Source: an uncultured Pseudomonadota bacterium | GTDB lineage: Bacteria; Oederibacteriota; Muellerivitia; Muellerivitales; Muellerivitaceae | Assembly: GCA_963843375.1 (NCBI GenBank) | Contig: CAWJKT010000013.1 | Location: 1 to 64,000, forward strand | Direction of reading: 5' to 3' | DNA: 64,000 nucleotides | Shown: positions 62,294 to 64,000 of the stretch, in pieces | How the letters are laid out: each line of letters starts with the position of its first letter | How positions within the stretch are numbered: the stretch's first letter is position 1 | Program-made: the position numbers and the translations under genes | Notes under the pieces: generated by a model | What the model was told of the DNA's origin: nothing | What the model saw: the letters and a program-made list of their open reading frames with translations, nothing else | The model's database searches: none

Positions 62294-64000
62294 TTAATGA
62301 ATAACCAAAACCTTTAGGATTTTCACTGTCGGTTGAATTCCACTAACGCGAATACGAATGTAATATAGCCCATCGGCTACAGGATTTCCCCAATTGTCTT
62401 TCAAATCCCATCCAAGAGAGGTTTGTCCATTTATTTGAACCGGCGGTTGGCTCACGATCTTACGGAAGGCCGCAGTGAATACGTCGAAATTAACTGTCGA
62501 GGGTCCTGGAACATTGACGGAAACGGAGATCGGGGCTGTCCCAGTGGCAGGATTGGGGAAAGGTAGTCCAATGACAGTCGTCAAAATGGATGTCGATGTA
62601 ACCGTTGGAGTTGCTGTAATTGAAGCATTGGGAGTGGCGGAAGCGGTGGAGGTTGGATTTCCAATAGTCACGGTAGCCCCAGTTACCGGCAATCCCGAGA
62701 AACCAACCGGCTGGCTGTTGTTCCCCACCCCACCCGTCACGCTGAACTGGTAGTTTCCTGTGGGTGCGCTTCCGGAAAAGTTTGCGACTACTTCGTAAGT
62801 TACCTCTCCGCCACTCGCGGGAATGGTTCCGTTAAAATTAAAGATTGCGGTGGATCCGCTAAAACTGGCGGTGGCAATAGTCACTCCGCCCTGTACAAGG
62901 GATACGGAGGTAATTCCCGATGGGGCGGCTCCCGACTCGGTAAGGGTCAATTGGGTCATAGTAACGGCGTTATTTCCAGGATTTGTCAATTGAATCTGCA
63001 GGACAGCAACATTAGAAGCGCCTGGCACTTGGCTTGAATTGGAAGGCGCCCCAGTCCCTGGCGTAGCCTGAACAACCACTTCCGTGGGCGTAACGGTTAA
63101 GGTAAGCGTGGCAGTGGCGGTATTGGCCATGGTATTGGTGATCGTTTCCGTTGCCGTAAATGTCGGAGTTCCGGTTGGAGTTAAAGTAACGGTATTGGTA
63201 GGAGTGCTGGAATAGGTTGGCGTAATCACATTCGTATTCGTAGGCGTCAAGGTGATTGTGGATGTAGCAGTATTCGTAACCGTATTCGAAGGAGTAGGTG
63301 TTTGAGTCATAGTGGCTGTGGAGGTAGAAGTATTTGCCGCTGTTGTATTGGTGGGTGTTCCGGTAGCGGTCGGCGTGATCACATTCGTATTCGTGGGAGT
63401 TAATGTAATTGTGGCTGTTGCTGTATTCGTAACCGTATTTGTCGTTGTCAACGTAGGACTGTTCGTAGTTGTGCTGGTGGGCGTAGAGGTTTTAGTTAAA
63501 GTGGTTGTATTGGTGGGCGTACCGGTGTAGGTCGGAGTAATCACATTGGTGTTCGTGGGCGTGGAGGTGATGGTGGGCGTACCCGTGTTTGTAACCGTAG
63601 TTGTCGGAGTCAGGGTGGTGGTCAAAGTGGCGGTAGAAGTGAGCGAAGATGTTGGACTGCTCGTAGTTGTGTTGGTGGGCGTAGAGGACTTGGTTGAAGT
63701 GGTGGTGTTGGTAGGAGTACCGGTGTAGGTCGGAGTAATCAAATTGGTGTTTGTGGGTGTAGATGAAATGGTAGGTGTAGCTGTATTCGTTGAAGTTTGG
63801 GTTGTGGTTAAGGTGACAGTAGATGTGGCACTGTTGGTTGGCGTATTAGTCTTGGTCAGGGTAGCGGTCGAGGTCGGGGTGGAGGTGGAAGTATTCACTA
63901 CCGTATTAGTTATCGTCGGTGTTGGACTATTAGTAGTGGTTTTGGTTGGTGTGGAGGTGTTGGTTGAAGAGGGCGTATTAGTTGGGGTACCGGTATAGGT
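62294..64000 (-). CDS. Second (Thr-X)n surface protein, 5' end outside the window, with an Ig-like domain and a T9SS-type-A/FlgD-Ig-like C-terminal domain
   Basis: Frame is open to the window edge. C-terminal FPNP..FDVFTAAFRKI..WDLKDNWGNPVADGLYYIRI..KVLVIH*. Confidence 0.8.
   Translation of the reverse strand, partial: TYTGTPTNTPSSTNTSTPTKTTTNSPTPTITNTVVNTSTSTPTSTATLTKTNTPTNSATSTVTLTTTQTSTNTATPTISSTPTNTNLITPTYTGTPTNTTTSTKSSTPTNTTTSSPTSSLTSTATLTTTLTPTTTVTNTGTPTITSTPTNTNVITPTYTGTPTNTTTLTKTSTPTSTTTNSPTLTTTNTVTNTATATITLTPTNTNVITPTATGTPTNTTAANTSTSTATMTQTPTPSNTVTNTATSTITLTPTNTNVITPTYSSTPTNTVTLTPTGTPTFTATETITNTMANTATATLTLTVTPTEVVVQATPGTGAPSNSSQVPGASNVAVLQIQLTNPGNNAVTMTQLTLTESGAAPSGITSVSLVQGGVTIATASFSGSTAIFNFNGTIPASGGEVTYEVVANFSGSAPTGNYQFSVTGGVGNNSQPVGFSGLPVTGATVTIGNPTSTASATPNASITATPTVTSTSILTTVIGLPFPNPATGTAPISVSVNVPGPSTVNFDVFTAAFRKIVSQPPVQINGQTSLGWDLKDNWGNPVADGLYYIRIRVSGIQPTVKILKVLVIH

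Noticed and set aside
58182..63998. Val/Gly-rich plus-strand ORFs that look like membrane proteins
   Set aside because: They are antisense shadows of the Thr/Pro/Asn codon repeats
22233..64000. Right half as a horizontally acquired flagellar island
   Set aside because: It contains core housekeeping genes, has no mobility genes, and genes on both sides of the join are cut

Overview
The window joins two unrelated bacterial sequences at about 22,232. A GT2 glycosyltransferase (+) and fliR (-) are both cut mid-gene there, and base composition drops abruptly from GC-rich to AT-richer. The left part (1-22.2 kb) looks acidobacterial (inference). It holds a ligY/ligZ-like aromatic ring-cleavage cluster, a PQQ dehydrogenase, an MFS transporter, a VWFA-related protein, an apparently exported HpcH-type aldolase, an LVIVD protein and a Ser/Thr kinase-TPR protein. 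The right part (22.2-64 kb) is from a different, probably uncultured lineage; FCPU426-like is only my tentative guess. It has a flgB-to-fliR flagellar operon with no fliK/flgD/flgE block and degenerate CheY-interaction motifs, a small MerR regulator, a GAF-GGDEF cyclase, a 34-aa bS22-like ORF missed by the ORF track, mtnA/PNP/yggU/yggT/proC/yggS/secDF, and three tandem thioredoxins behind a promoter with a CsoR-like G/C tract. Further on are a GH18 enzyme, DUF1800/DUF1501, a cold-shock gene, and two large (Thr-X)n surface proteins that share a T9SS/FlgD-Ig-like C-terminal domain ending in His. Many genes on both sides carry single-base indels, most likely uncorrected long-read errors, so reconstructed coordinates are approximate. 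I recognised no rRNA, tRNA, CRISPR array or mobile element.
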